This document shows, piece after piece, positions 22,931-35,680 of a DNA stretch of 64,000 nucleotides. The DNA is from Chiloscyllium plagiosum. Lineage: Eukaryota. The number at the start of each line of letters is the position of its first letter. Within the stretch, counting starts at the first letter, position 1. The position numbers were made by a program, and so were the translations under genes. Location: positions 9,215,306-9,279,305 of the forward strand of contig NC_057755.1 in NCBI RefSeq assembly GCF_004010195.1. Reading direction: 5' to 3'. The notes beneath the pieces were generated by a model, which was not told the DNA's origin, searched no databases, and worked only from the letters and a program-made list of their open reading frames with translations.

Positions 22931-25900
22931 TGTGACGATGCTGACCCTTCAAAAAGGTTAACACGGTTATGCTGTTCTTGGCGTTTATTTTTTTCATAAA
23001 AGCAGCATTTCTGAAAGGTCCAGTTTGAATGGTTTTTAGTGCCAGCTTGATTACTGTTAATAGATACTGCCTAAGAAAAAAAAGCATTCAAGTTTTAAAA
23101 AAACTTGCAAAATAAAAGGGGAGTGGCCAGATCTGCCAGATTATATTTCCTCTGGAATGTTGTTGTTTAGCAAGCTTGTATATTTTGAGTTTGCTTGTCC
23201 AAGAAACAGACACGTGGAAGAAGCTGTTCCAAGATAAGTATGTCTGGCATTTCTCTGTCGCCGGCAACAACTTGTCTTTGATTTTCCATTTTTTGTCCCA
23301 GGAGTGTTTATTATGCAGAATGTTGAAGGAATTTGCAACAGCATCATTCAATTAGAATAACCTGTCTGGTTTTCGAATAGATAAACTTAATCTGTATTTT
23401 CTTCTTTTTTTGCGTGTTTCATTCCGAAATCTTGTAAATAAATTTAGCTTTATTTAAAACTAAGTGGTTGGGCCAACTGCATTAGTCCTGGAATATGCAT
23501 TTCATACCTGCTTAAAGCAGTTAGAAAGTTAGTGCCTGGGCTAGTTTCTTGAAATGTTTTGAGGAGCTCTGACCTGGTATATAACATTTTGGAGGCTGTT
23601 TGCGGGATTTGACCAATGATTCCAAATTGGGGTTATTATTGTTGGACTCAGAGGCTGTGAGTGGCATCTGTTGGTGTCATTTGTTCTCTGTGTTGATTTC
23701 AGTTGGATTAAACAGTGCTTGGGATAGCATTGGCTCTTTCAGTCACTGGCAGTTTTCTGGGTATTGAAAAAGTGACTTTCGACATTTAACAAAAGGTGAG
23801 TAAGGTCCAACTACTGGAATGAGCTGCGGTTGTGGCTGTCTCCTTCCAAAAAGAAAGGAGACAAAAAGAAATTACAATAATAGCTCAGGACTTAGGTTTG
23901 TTGATAATGCCACCAGCAATCTTGTGGATGCCTAAAATGTAATCGAAAATGATGCAGCTTGAGTTCGAGATAAACAAAATAAGGAATGGTCAACAGAAAT
24001 GAAACGGTTACACTGAAAACATCACTTCCTGTGGAAGAGCAGTGAGTTCAAACGGCAAGATTTGCAGCTGAAATGGCTGACGATTGTTAGTTGGTTCTTA
24101 CATCAAAGTTTAACTTCCAAAATCAATTTTAATTCGTGAGGGATAGAAATTGGAGAAAAAAAATCTCAGTCTGAAAGTGAAAGGTAGCTCTCGGTAAACG
24201 TCATCCCAGTAATTTACCACAGGGTGAAAAGGAAGCCCTTGAAGTGGAAAGAGAAGTGTTTTTAAAAGTTCCCGTTTTTTTCACTACAATAAAGTAGGCC
24301 AATTGAAATCGCAATGTTGTTGGGTGAGGAAACGCACTGTGAAGCCTAATTTAAGAAAATAGAATAAGCCAGAAACGTTTTGGAGTAGTTTTGTAAAGCA
24401 CAGTGAAGGTTAGAAAGCTGCAACAAAATGTACGAGCAGGTAGGACAATGGTTATTGAAGAAGTCCAAGATCTTCTTAAACCAGGAGCAGAATTAAGTAG
24501 GTTACAATATTAAGAGCACAGGATCCGTTCAATCTGTGATGTTAAAAGATGTTGAGATGCATACCTCTGAAGAACTATTGCCAGAAAGAGTACTATGAGA
24601 AATTGACAGAACTTCATCAAGCAGTGTTACCAGTGAATAAGAGAAAGAAGACTTTCAGGTTGTGCACCGGCCTCACTTAGGGCGCCACTTAGGAGTGAGA
24701 AAATCACAGGCTGAAATACAAACACATTTTGAATGGCCTGGGCAGCACAAGGATGTAGTTGAATTTGACCAAATATGTGATAAATGACAAGTAATTGGAT
24801 AACTACTGGCGGTTATAAAATCCGTAACTTCAAGACATATTCCTGCATTTTAGGAAATTTTAGCAAGAGCCGTAATTGATTGCGTGGGACCCTTACCTAA
24901 AGCAAAATGTCTGAATCAGTATTTGTTAACAATAATGATAGAGGGATTGTGGAAGAGCCAGCCACTTTCTTCACCAGATACACACTACTCTCAGAGATAC
25001 AAATACATCAAGGAACAATCATTACATCAAAATGATTCAAGGAAGTTATGGACAGTTTAGGAATAAAAGCATTCAAATCTCCCGCTTAACATCCAGAGTT
25101 ACAGGGTGCGTTAGAAAGGTGGCATCAGACTACAGACCAACTTAATGCTTATACTCAAAACTATCCACAGGATTGGAACATGAGCATTCCTTTTGTACAT
25201 TGTGCGATCATAGATGAATCAACCAAATTCAGTCCATTTGAATTCGCTTTTGGGCCATAACATTGATTAAGGAGAAATTTGTAAGTTATGGTTCAGAGAA
25301 AACATCGTTGGACTATGTGTCAAACTTTCATGAGCAATTGAATCAAGCGGGGCAACTCACTAGTCAGCATTTAGACATGTCACAGCTTACAATGAAACAG
25401 AAAGGAGACAAGAAATGAGAAACTCGCAATTTTGCTCTTGGAAGTAAGGTGTTAGTAGTTTTTCCAGTGATAGGTGAACTTGTAAAAGCAAAGTTCATTG
25501 AATCTCATCACGTCTAAAGGGAATACACTGAGGTAAACTAATTGATAAGGATTGCAGATTTTATTTCCAGATGGAAATAAATCTCACGGACTATGACTTG
25601 TGATAATGATCAAAAGTTATTTTGATAGCGATCGAAAGGTAAAGGCGACTTTATCATGTTTGCAACAAGGAGTAAAGAGCCAAGTTCATAGGACTCTGAC
25701 TTGGGCATTCCTCAAATTAAATTGGACAATGAGGAACTTGTCAAAAATGTGGATAAATTATGAGTTACCTTCCAGAGGAAAATTGAAATGACCTGAAAGA
25801 ATTATTATCACTCTATAGGGAGATATGTGGAAATAGGCTGGAGGCTACGAACCTAATTAAGCATAATGAACATACAGGAGACGCTGTACCGATTATGCTG

Positions 25901-27894
25901 CATCTTTATAGGTATGAGACCCTCTAAAATTGGCTCAGTTTCAAAAAAGGCGATTGAACACATGCTTCAAGACGACATACTTAAACTGAATTACAGTTAC
26001 TGGAGCGCACCCATAGTAATGGTGCCAAAACCAGATGAGCCCCATTGGTTATGTATCGGCTCTTGCAAAGTCAAAGCCATCTCAAACAGTGGTGGATATC
26101 CGATTCTGCGTTAGGAAGACTGTGTTGAAAAAGTGCTAAAACCAACTTGCATTCCTCGTTTGGACTTGCTGAGAGGGTACTGGCCCTTCCTTGGACCGAT
26201 ACAGCGAAGACATGTTCGGTTCTTGTGACACGGAATGGGCTGTATCAGCTTAGATTTATGTTGTTTCATATGAAAAATGCGCCAACCACATTTCAGGTAC
26301 TAACTGCTAAGTTCATTTCTGGATTACCCATTTTGTAATTTATGTTGATTCCCTGGTGAGTTTTAATCACAAATGGAAGCAACATTTAGAACATTTATTA
26401 GAATTGTTCCATCGACATTGGGAGGCAGGCTTGTTGATAAATCTGTCTCAAAGAGAATTTACTAAAGTTAAAGTCACCTTCCTGGGCAATGTCTTTGCGC
26501 ATGGGCAAATGGCCATGGATTACAAAAACAAAGGTAATTGGGGAGTTTCCCAAACTATAACAAAAATAGTAATATCATGATTTGTGGGATTGAATGGATT
26601 TTAAGAAAAGTTCGTCCCACATTTTAGCAGTGTCGCTGCTCCACTCAGTGAATTGCGAAATAAAGACAACAAGTTTCAGTTGACAGCGCACTGCCAGAAT
26701 GCATTTGACAGCCTGAAGGCCTTGTTAACCATTGCTTCAGTATGAGCCAGACCTAATTACAGAAAGCTATTCAAAGTGGCTATCAATATAAGAGATATGT
26801 GTGTCAGTGTCACTTTCTTGCAGGTATAAGGCAAGAAGGTAAAAAACTGATCCGGTAATTCTCAAAGAAATTGAACATTATTCGCAGGAAAAAAATCGAT
26901 AATTGAATAGACTTTGGCTTTGGTGTTACCTTTACAACATTTCAATATTTATATTACCAGTAATATGTCTGAGACTATCATATATACTGACTATTAGACA
27001 TTGAAGTTTGTGAAGAAACTGAAGGGCAGAAACGTCGGACTTTTTGGACAGAGATGTTGTTACGGCCATTCAATTTAACAACTGTGCATTTGCCAGAACG
27101 ATAAAATTTAATTGCCGACGCCTTGTTGAGACCTGAACGAGAAACAGAGTAAAACAGACTGGAGCAGAATGTCCTTAAATATCTTTGTGCGATAATTGTC
27201 AATGGAATGTGGATACTCATCATTGTGACAAAACAGTTAAAGGTTAAGTGGTTTTAAAACCAAGCCATCTTTGGATATTGATTTTTTTTTCCAAAGAGAT
27301 ATGTATGATGAAGCTGCTTTTGAAAACAATTTTATTTTGTCCTTGGCTTTTTACTCAGAGATGTCGTAAAAGCAGCAGGTCCTAAATGTCTGGGCTTGGA
27401 TGGGTTTTATTATAAGTAGCAGATACTTCCCCAGATAAAGGGCTTTAAAGTTTTAAAAGAAGCACTTGCGCAATGAAAGGCGAATGACCAGTTCTCCCAA
27501 CTGGTCCAAGGAACAATTAAGTGGAAGAAAGTGTTCCATTCTGGATCTCTGCCATCTCTCCCCCCCTCTCTCTCCTGCAAAACTCTGTGTTTGATTTTAC
27601 CTTTTTTTGCCAAGGGATGTTTATGGGAATGACTGTATGAATTTGGAGAAGTATCATTAAGTTGGGGTAATCAGTTGGGTTTCTGGACAGCATAGTTTAT
27701 TCTGTATTCTGTTCTCCATTGTGTTTCATTAGTTAATCTTGGAAAATAATGCTATTTTGTTTAAAACTAAGTAGTCGGGCCAACTGCACCTCTCCTGGAA
27801 TATCCAACTCACACCTGCTTACAACAATGAGCAAAGCTATGGTACTTTCTACATTCTTGACATATTTTGAGGCAGTCTGGAGTGGTCCATAACA
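22931..27894 (+). mobile_element. Decayed Ty3/Gypsy LTR retrotransposon, Gmr1-like (PR-IN-RT-RH); LTRs about 22931-23586 and 27302-27894
   Basis: TG...AACA LTR ends, with TGG just after the 5' LTR. Zinc-knuckle remnant about 24280. Integrase motifs (HLGV..WPG..C..; VIDCVGPLPK; HPELQGALERWHQT) at 24660-25250. RT (WSAPIVMVPKPD; MKNAPTTFQ; YVD) at 25950-26500. RNase H about 26750-27130. Confidence 0.88.
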
Positions 27895-29690
27895 TTATCA
27901 ATGTTGGCACAACTAACAATGCTCCCAACCTGTAATAAAGAAGGAACGACTTCAAAGTCAGCTTTAGTTTAAGCTCTCTGGATCTGTCTCTTGCATCAAT
28001 TGACGAAGAAATCGTCTTTAGAATTGTTCTCATTGTCATATATATTTGCAGGTGCTCTCACATTTGATTGTCGTGTGATTGACGTCTAGTCTTACACTTC
28101 ATTTCACCATTTCTCCGTTCACCATACACAATTATACAACACGCGAAAAATACTGTTGCAACTGTACTATCTATTTGGTGTCAACTAGAATTGTCAATAG
28201 CATAGTAAAATCCTGACTTCAAATCCTGCTTCATCATTCCTAGGAATAATTCAACTCCAGCCAAACATTGTTTCTTGAATGTCCTGACCTCCATCCGTCT
28301 AAACAATGAGAATGTCCGTTTGAAATTTACTGAATGATATCATTATATACTAACCATCGATCTCAAAGACTAGCACTATAGGTCCCTTTGACGTGTGTTG
28401 GAAAATGCATTATATCTCTAGGTGGCATGATAGCCCCAGGCCTGATTCGTGGACGTTATGAACGGCATGGTCAGTGTGGTTGACATGCTCCCTTTAAAGA
28501 GCGTCACTTGTAAGCGTACATAACTTGAAAATGTAAAGCAGGAGTTTTAGTGGGGATGTAAGGAAAAACCTTCTGAGCAGAAGCAGGTAGGTGTCAGTAA
28601 TGCATTTCCGTGAAGGGTATTTGAGGTGAGAAATCTCTCAACCTTTCCACAGTACTTGGAAATCAGACAAAGTGCAATAGCATGCAAGGCCAATGGTCTA
28701 TCACAGCAAATTTGTACGACAGTGTATTTTTCCTGGTATAGCATTGATGTACCAAGGAACCTCTTTTGTACTGTATCATTGCATAATTGTTGTGAAAATA
28801 CATTACCCTCAATTTAGGCAAACTCATTTATTGACTTCTTCAACACTCACAGCAGTTGTTTCTTTCAACCTCGCAGTTGTAGCTAAAAGTCTAATGTAAT
28901 CTGTATATCTTTCCTTCTCAGTTTTCTTTTCAGATGCTTTCTGACAAAGCCATTGTTTTCCACCACACATCTCAGTATTCTGATCAATATGCTCGGGTTT
29001 GTTACAGAAGAAACACTTTGATTTTCAATTTTCACTTCTCCATTTGTAGTTTCCTTCTTACATGTAAGAGATACAATTGGGCCTGTCTAATCTTTACGAT
29101 GGATGCTCACATCCCTTGCACTCCCATTTCCTATTCCCTTTGAATTTATGAAGATGACTGAAAATGCTTTCCCTTTCGGGAACAACTCATAATAATCATT
29201 TTTTTCGCTTCTTCTCCTGCACTTGCAACACTTTAGACTTCAAAATGGACCTCGGATTTTTGATGGGAAAAAAGAGAATGTTGCAACTTATGGAATTTTT
29301 TTTATTTAATTCACTCGTGGAACGTGAACACACGTGGCTGGTCAGCTTTCATTGTTCGTTATTAGTTGCCGTTGAGAGGTGACGGTGAGCTGCTTCTTAA
29401 AAACAGTATGGTGTGGACCATGGAGAGATGAACTCACTTCCTGTCTCCTTCAAAACCAACAGTACAAGACAAAGGTTTTGTGTTTACTTCTGCAGCGGCT
29501 AATACTGGTTTGCAATCAGTTATTGAAGCATTGAATCACCTATCGTCGACTCGAAAGTGAACAAGAGCTCCATCATGGCTGTGCAAATTTGGTAATCGCT
29601 GCATGTACTGCCATTCAAATTGCAATCATGTCAGCACATAATTACACAACAAACAGAGGTTACAGTCCCAGGTACATATCTAAATTCGTC

Positions 29691-29859
29691 GTCGATGGTA
29701 TGATGCTGGAAAAGCATGGCAGGTCAGCAAGCATTCGTGCAGCAGTGGAGTCGACGTTTACGGCCGACTCTCTTGCTCCTAGGATGCTACATGACCTGCT
29801 GTGCTTTTCCAGCACCACACTCTCGACTCTGATCTCCAGCATCTGTAGAACTCACTTTC
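29691..29859. mobile_element. Penelope-derived inverted pLTR remnant (duplicate at 62590-62758)
   Basis: GCTGGAAAAGCA..CAGGTCA arm inverted against TGACCTGCTGTGCTTTTCCAGC; tail CTCTGATCTCCAGCATCTG. Confidence 0.8.
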
Positions 29860-30819
29860 GGCTATATATTTGAATTTGCTCAATCCAACAGGTAACTCAT
29901 TATCCCTAGGCATCGTTCCTTCTTGTACAATAAGCTTCATTCCTAACCTGCTTCGTTCAGTTTATCTTGTTGCTCTTCTGTCTCGTACCTGTCACATCTT
30001 TCATGGGTCTCAAGGCCTTTCTGGGAGATCGCTGCTGTACCCAACCTTCGGAGTGTGCACAGACGTTGTGAGCAATTTTGCTCTTTTCGTTTTATTATGA
30101 ATATAGAAAATCACTTGGAAACCTTACTGTCCAATTCAATTTTACAAAGCCATCTGCCATTGGAGACAGATAAGATGAGTGTTTGTTTTCTCTCAGAGAA
30201 TTGTGAGAGCTACGTAAACCTAATCCCCAGATTGTAGTAGTGACTGGGAAACCAAATACATTCAAGGTTGAGATCAATGAATTTTTAATTCGTAAAAGAT
30301 TCCATAGACACGTCAGTGGTTCAGTTGTGTGTGTCGTTGTGAGAAATCCGAAAATAGTAAAAATTGAACTGTGCTCTTATCAGATCAGTAGTGATCTAAA
30401 GTCTCAAAGTGAGCTAGTGGCTCCGAAAATAGATCTGGGACTCACGGTTTATTGCTCATGTGTTCTCCTTTCACCTTTTCCATTCAATATTGCTCAATGT
30501 GTCAAGATACACAGGAATTCTTTCAGTGGATAGTGAGGAAGGAATGTTGGATAATATTCTCAATCAAAAGCCGAACAATGGCAATTATTGTTCCAGAGAG
30601 TCATAGGAATAATGCTACATTATGAAGAAAGAGGCAGAGAGACAATTATACGTTATGTAACCGCGTTGTGACCATACGTCAAGCAAGAGACAAGTATAAG
30701 GGGTTTGGAGCTTCGAACAGAAGTGCAGCCTGAACAAGAATTGCACTATCGTTTCTTCCATCACCACATATTGCAAAACAGCTTCTTAGTTAAAATGAGG
30801 CGATCGCCTCGTGATCTTT

Positions 30820-33800
30820 ATCACTCACCAAACCAGATTCCAGAGTAATGTTTTGCGGACGGGTTCGAATCTCGCATGGTAGATGGTGGAGTTTGAATTC
30901 AACAAAAATAAATCTGGAACTAACAGCCGGCTGATGACCATGAAACCACTGTTAACTCCATCTGGCTGACTAAAGTCCTTTTGCAAGGAGATCTGGCATC
31001 CTTACCTCTCCTGGCGCACATGTGACTCCAGAGCCACAGCAATGTGGTTAATTTACAACAGCCCTCTGAAATGGCCCAGCAAGGTACTCGGTTGTATTAA
31101 TCACTATAGAGTCAAAACAAAGAAATTAAAGCAGATGGACAACCTGGCATCGACCGTGGAACCGGAAAGGACAACGGCAATAACAGACATACGCCTGTCT
31201 ACCGTGCAAAGTCCTTCTTACCACAATCTGTGTGCTAGTGTCGAAATTGGTGGAGCTGTCTCTCAGATTCGTAAAGCAACAGCCTGACACAGACATTTTT
31301 ACAGTAACATACCTAATATATAACATTCCTTACACCAAAGACACCATCCCTGTATTTTTCTACATCACTGCTAGGACAGCCTCAGTAAAGTTGACGATAA
31401 GTGGTATACAGTCGGGCAGGAGTTGCCTTGGGAATCCTTTACATCGACTCTGGATCCCATGAAGTCTCGTGCCTTAAGGTTAAACACAGGCGAGGAACTG
31501 TTTTACTGGTCACCACGTAACGTCATTTTTCGGCTGATGAATAAGTATTCCTCTCTGCGCAATCAGATTTGTACGAAGGTCTGAGGATGTCAAGGGCGCA
31601 AGGTCGGGGATTTCAATGTCCACCACCAAAGGTTGATGGGCAACAGCATTAATGATCAAGGTGGTTGCATCCTAAAGGGTATAACTGCAAGACTGGGCCT
31701 GCAGCAGCTGGTGAAGGAACCAACAAAAGAAAAATCATCCATGACCTCATCCTAACTAATCTGCCAGTTGCAGACGTATTCTATCAATGAACAACGTAAC
31801 TACCACACTGTCCTTGTGGGACAAATTTCCACGTTCGCATGGAGAATACCGTGCTGAATAGGACATTCTTTGAACCGATCTAGCAACTCAAGACCAGTCA
31901 TCCATGTGGCGCTCTGGGCCATCAAAAACAGCAGAGCTACACTCCAGCGCAAGCAACACCATCATGGAATGGCATCTCCCCCACTCAACCGTTTCCAGCA
32001 AGGCTGCGGTTCAACCCTGGTTCAATTGAGTGTGCAGGAGGGCATGCCAGTAACAGCAGCATGCACACCTAAAAATGTGGTAATAACCTGGTGAAGCTAC
32101 CAAACAGGACTACGTATGTGAGAAACGGCATAAACAGCAAGTGATAGGCTAAATAACGTGATCCCACGACAAACGGATCAGGTCTAAGCTCTGAAGTCCT
32201 TCCACATCCAGTCGTGAATAGTGGTGGACAATTCAACAACTCACCAGAGGAGGAGTGCCCATAAATATGCTCTTCCTCAATGTGGTGCCCAACATCCGTG
32301 CATTCGATAAAGCTGATGCATTTGCAAAAGTCTTCAGTCAGACGTGCCGAGTGGATGATCCAACTTGGGTACCTGCCGTGGTCCCCAGCATCACAGGTAC
32401 AAGCTTCCAGTCAATTCGATTCACTTCACGTGGTATCAAAGGAAGTCTGCAGGCACTGGATGCTGATAAACCCAAGCAAAATTACTGAAGACGTGTGCTC
32501 CAGAACGTACTGCTCCTTAACCAAGCTCTTCCAGTATAACTGCAACACTGGCATTTACCTGGATGGGCGGGAAATTCACCAAGTAACGTTCTGAGCGCAA
32601 AAAACACAAATCCAAACCAGCCAATTACCGCCCAATCAGTTTAATCTCTATCATCGGCAAAGTCATGTGAGGAGGTTTTCAAAAGTGCTCTCAAGCAGCA
32701 CCTGTTCAGCAACAAGCTGCTCAGTGTGGATTCGCCAGGGTCAATCAGCTCCTGACTTCGTTACAGCCTTGGTTCAAAAATGGACAAAAAAGCTCATTTC
32801 CACAGGTGAGGTGAAGGTGACAGCCCTTGACATTAGGGCTGTGTTTGAACGAGTATGGCATCAATGAAAATATGGGTATCGGGGGAAAGTCTCTGCTGGT
32901 GAGAGTCATAACAGGCGCAAAGGAGGATGGTCGTCGTTGTACAGGATCAGTCATCTCAGTTCCAGGACATGTAAGCAGGAAACTCTCAGGGCGAAGTCCT
33001 AAGCCCAAAAATATTCAACTGCTTGCTTAAAGACTTTTGCGACTCCTCAGATACTGGCGCAATCCGTGCCCAAATGCAACATGACCTGGACAGCATCCAG
33101 ACTTGAGCTGACCTGTGGCAAGTAACATGCGTTTCAGACAAGCGACAAACAATGACCATGACCAGTGAGAGGCACTCCAACCACCGCCCCTTGACATTCA
33201 ACGTTATTACGACCAGTGAATCCCCCACTGTCAACATACTGACCAGAAACTCACCGGACTCACCACATAAACACAGTGTCTACTTTAGCAGATCAGAGAC
33301 TGTCCTGGAACTGAGATGACTGATCCTGTACAACCACGACCATCCTCCTTTGCGCCTGTTATGACTCTCACCAGCAGAGACTTTCCCCCGATACCCATAT
33401 TTTCCAGTTTTCGAAGGTCTCCTTGATGCCATACTCAGTCAAATACAGCCCTGATGTCAAGGGCTGTCACCTTCACCTCACCTGTGGAAATGAGCTTTTT
33501 TGCCCATTTTTGAACCAAGGCTGTAACGAAGTCAGGATTCTGCGGCGAGTAACTGACCTCATACCCAAAAATGTATGCACAAACTTCAAGGCAAAAATCA
33601 GGAGTGTGATAGAATACCCCCCACTAACCTGGATGGTTGCAACTCCAAAAACATGCAACAAGCTGAACACCATCCAAGACAAATCAACCCGCTTGATTGG
33701 CATCCTACCTACAAACATTAGGTCCCTCAACGACCGGCATTCAGTAGCAGTAGCGTGTACTATCGACAAATGCACAGCAGAAATTCTCCAAAAAATCCTT

Positions 33801-34115
33801 AGACAGCACCATTCAAACTTACGACTCCTTCCACCTGGAAGGACAACGGCTGCATGTACTTGAGAAAACCACCACTTACAAGTTCTCCTCCAAGCCACTC
33901 AGCATCCTGACTTGGAAATACAGCACCGTTCCTTCATCATCGTTATGTCAATTTCCTGGATTTCCCAACCTCCTAGCATTGTGAGTCAATCCACAGGAAG
34001 TGGACTGCAGGGATTCAAGAAGCCAGCTCACCACCACGTTCTTAAGGGCAAATAGGGATGACTTATCAATGCTGGATGGCCAGTGAAGCCCAAGTCCCAC
34101 AAACGAATAAAATAA
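30820..34115 (+). mobile_element. Decayed CR1/L2-group LINE (APE-RT) with a SINE-like 5' end and an internal inverted duplication
   Basis: GDFNVHH (about 31605), NYRPISLISIIGKV (about 32625), VTALDIRAVFERVWH, KIRSVIEY, A-rich tail at 34106-34118. Confidence 0.85.
32750..33537. repeat. Long inverted repeat (arms 32750-32969 and 33301-33537, 331-nt spacer)
   Basis: Right arm is the reverse complement of the left, with few substitutions and one indel of about 17 nt. Confidence 0.92.
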
Positions 34116-34289
34116 AATCAAGTTAGCTGACTAATGATGGACAAGTGAAGGGTTTTTCAGCATGACCACTCAAATCAAGGAATTGACTTGGAGGTATCAG
34201 TGTAATGTCCTGGCAACTTTTGTGCAATTCACAATTACACTCTTCCTCACCAAATAAAGTTATTCAATATCTGAATGGAGTCCGAGTAT

Positions 34290-34900
34290 CATAAATCTTT
34301 GAAATGAATGGTTAAAGACAATTGGCGCACACCAACTGTGTTCGTAAACATAACTCCTCCCATTTGCTTGCATTTTCTCCATGTCCCTTCAAACTATTCC
34401 TGATCACGTACTTACCCAATTATCTTTTTAAAATTCTGATTGTGCCTGCATTCATCATGTCTTTTGGCAGTTCATATCATCGACAAGGAAATTTCTGTGG
34501 AAAGAGTTGGCTCTCATGATTTTTTTAAAACAATATACTTTCAATTAAAAATATAGCCCTTAATCTGGGGAAACACTCCTCGCTTATGTATGCCTCTCAT
34601 GATTTGATAAACCTCTGTTGAGTCACCACTCAACCTGTTATGCTTACTGAGTCTCTTTTAATTACTTAAAAGTCTTTAATAATAGCAAGGTCCTTGTAAA
34701 TCATTTCTCAACCCCCTCCAAATTAATAATATTCTTCCTACAACAGTGCAATCAGAACTGCATGCAGTATGACAGAAGTGGATTTAACAATGTTCTCTGT
34801 AATGCCGGGATGACTTGCAACTCTTATGTTCAAAGATTGAAAGTGTAAATAATGACGGCAGGAGTGTTAAACGTTTCGTTCGCCACTTAATCCTATTATG
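34290..34900 (-). mobile_element. Decayed CR1 fragment
   Basis: Reverse complement of CR1 ORF2 C-terminal/3' region (CAGAACTGCATGCAGTA; TGATTTGATAAACCTCT). Confidence 0.65.
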
Positions 34901-34924
34901 CTACAAACCGCACAGAATTATACA

Positions 34925-35275
34925 CATGACGGCTCAGTGGTTAGCATTTTTGCCTCACACCACCACGGACTCAAGGCCGATTCCAGCCTCGAACGACTGC
35001 CTGTGCGGAGTCTTCACATGTTCCCAGTGTTCGGGTGGGTTTACTCTGGTTGATCCCTTTTCTCCCACAATCCAGAGACATGAGGCTCAGTGAATTGGCC
35101 ATGCTGATTTGCCCATTGTGTTCAGAGATATGTGTGTTAGATGCATTTGTCAGTGCAAAATGTCGAGGAACAGGGCAGGGGAATGGGTCTGTCGAGGTTA
35201 TTCTTGGCAGGATTGGTGTGGAATTCTTTGGCCAACTGGTCTGTTTCCACTCTGTGGGAATTCTATGATTTATAG
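34925..35275 (+). mobile_element. Older HE1-like SINE just upstream of GPCR copy 3
   Basis: GGCTCAGTGGTTAGCA head; CTGTTTCCACTCTGT..ATTCTATGAT tail. Confidence 0.75.
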
Positions 35276-35499
35276 ATTATTGCATCTGTTTAACGACACT
35301 ACTCAGGACAATGCAATTAATGATGTCAGTCTGAACTCCATCAGCCAGTCATCAGCCTATTTTTCAATTCATCAAAAACTCTTCACAAATCGATTCTACA
35401 ATAATTTCAATGCGCCTTCATATGAATCATCAAAAACAACTGCTGGTGAACTCAGTTGTGAGAAGCTTGCATCCAAATGTTTATTCATTAAAAACTTCA

Positions 35500-35610
35500 T
35501 TAATTCCTTTGAGAGATGACGTGTAGTTAAATAGAAGATGTCTCTTCAGTCACTGGTGAGCACTTGTCTGAGTGTTTCACATCGAACAAAACATATCACT
35601 CTTCAGAAAA
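35500..35610 (+). promoter_or_regulatory. Conserved proximal promoter/5'UTR of GPCR copy 3, paralogous to about 40365-40473
   Basis: Shared ATTCCTTTGAGAG ... CTGAGTGT(T/G)TCACATC ... TCTTCA..AAAATGG between copies 3 and 4. Confidence 0.55.
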
Positions 35611-35680
35611 ATGGAACGGTCGATGATTCTGCTGATAAAGGAGATTTATTATCCAATTCTTGTCACCATCGCTTTCCCTG
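35611..35680 (+). CDS. GPR139/GPR142-like orphan GPCR, copy 3 (intact), coding exon 1: MERSMILLIKEIYYPILVTIAFP + first base of the Ala codon
   Basis: ATG at 35611, 70 nt open, ends CCTG|GTGAGC (canonical donor). Same length, phase and YP-I-L motif as the exon at 4865-4934. Splices in frame to 36736. Confidence 0.88.

Larger units (their letters stand above)
21300..32390 (+). repeat. Segmental duplication, unit 1 (direct repeat of 52915-64000)
   Basis: Colinear matches throughout, including unique sequence, e.g. 21368 TTTCCATTTACATTGTCCATGC vs 52967 TTTCCATTTACTTTGTCCATGC, and 30500 GTCAAGATACACAGGAATTCTT vs 63398 GACAAGATACACAGGAATTCTT. Confidence 0.93.
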
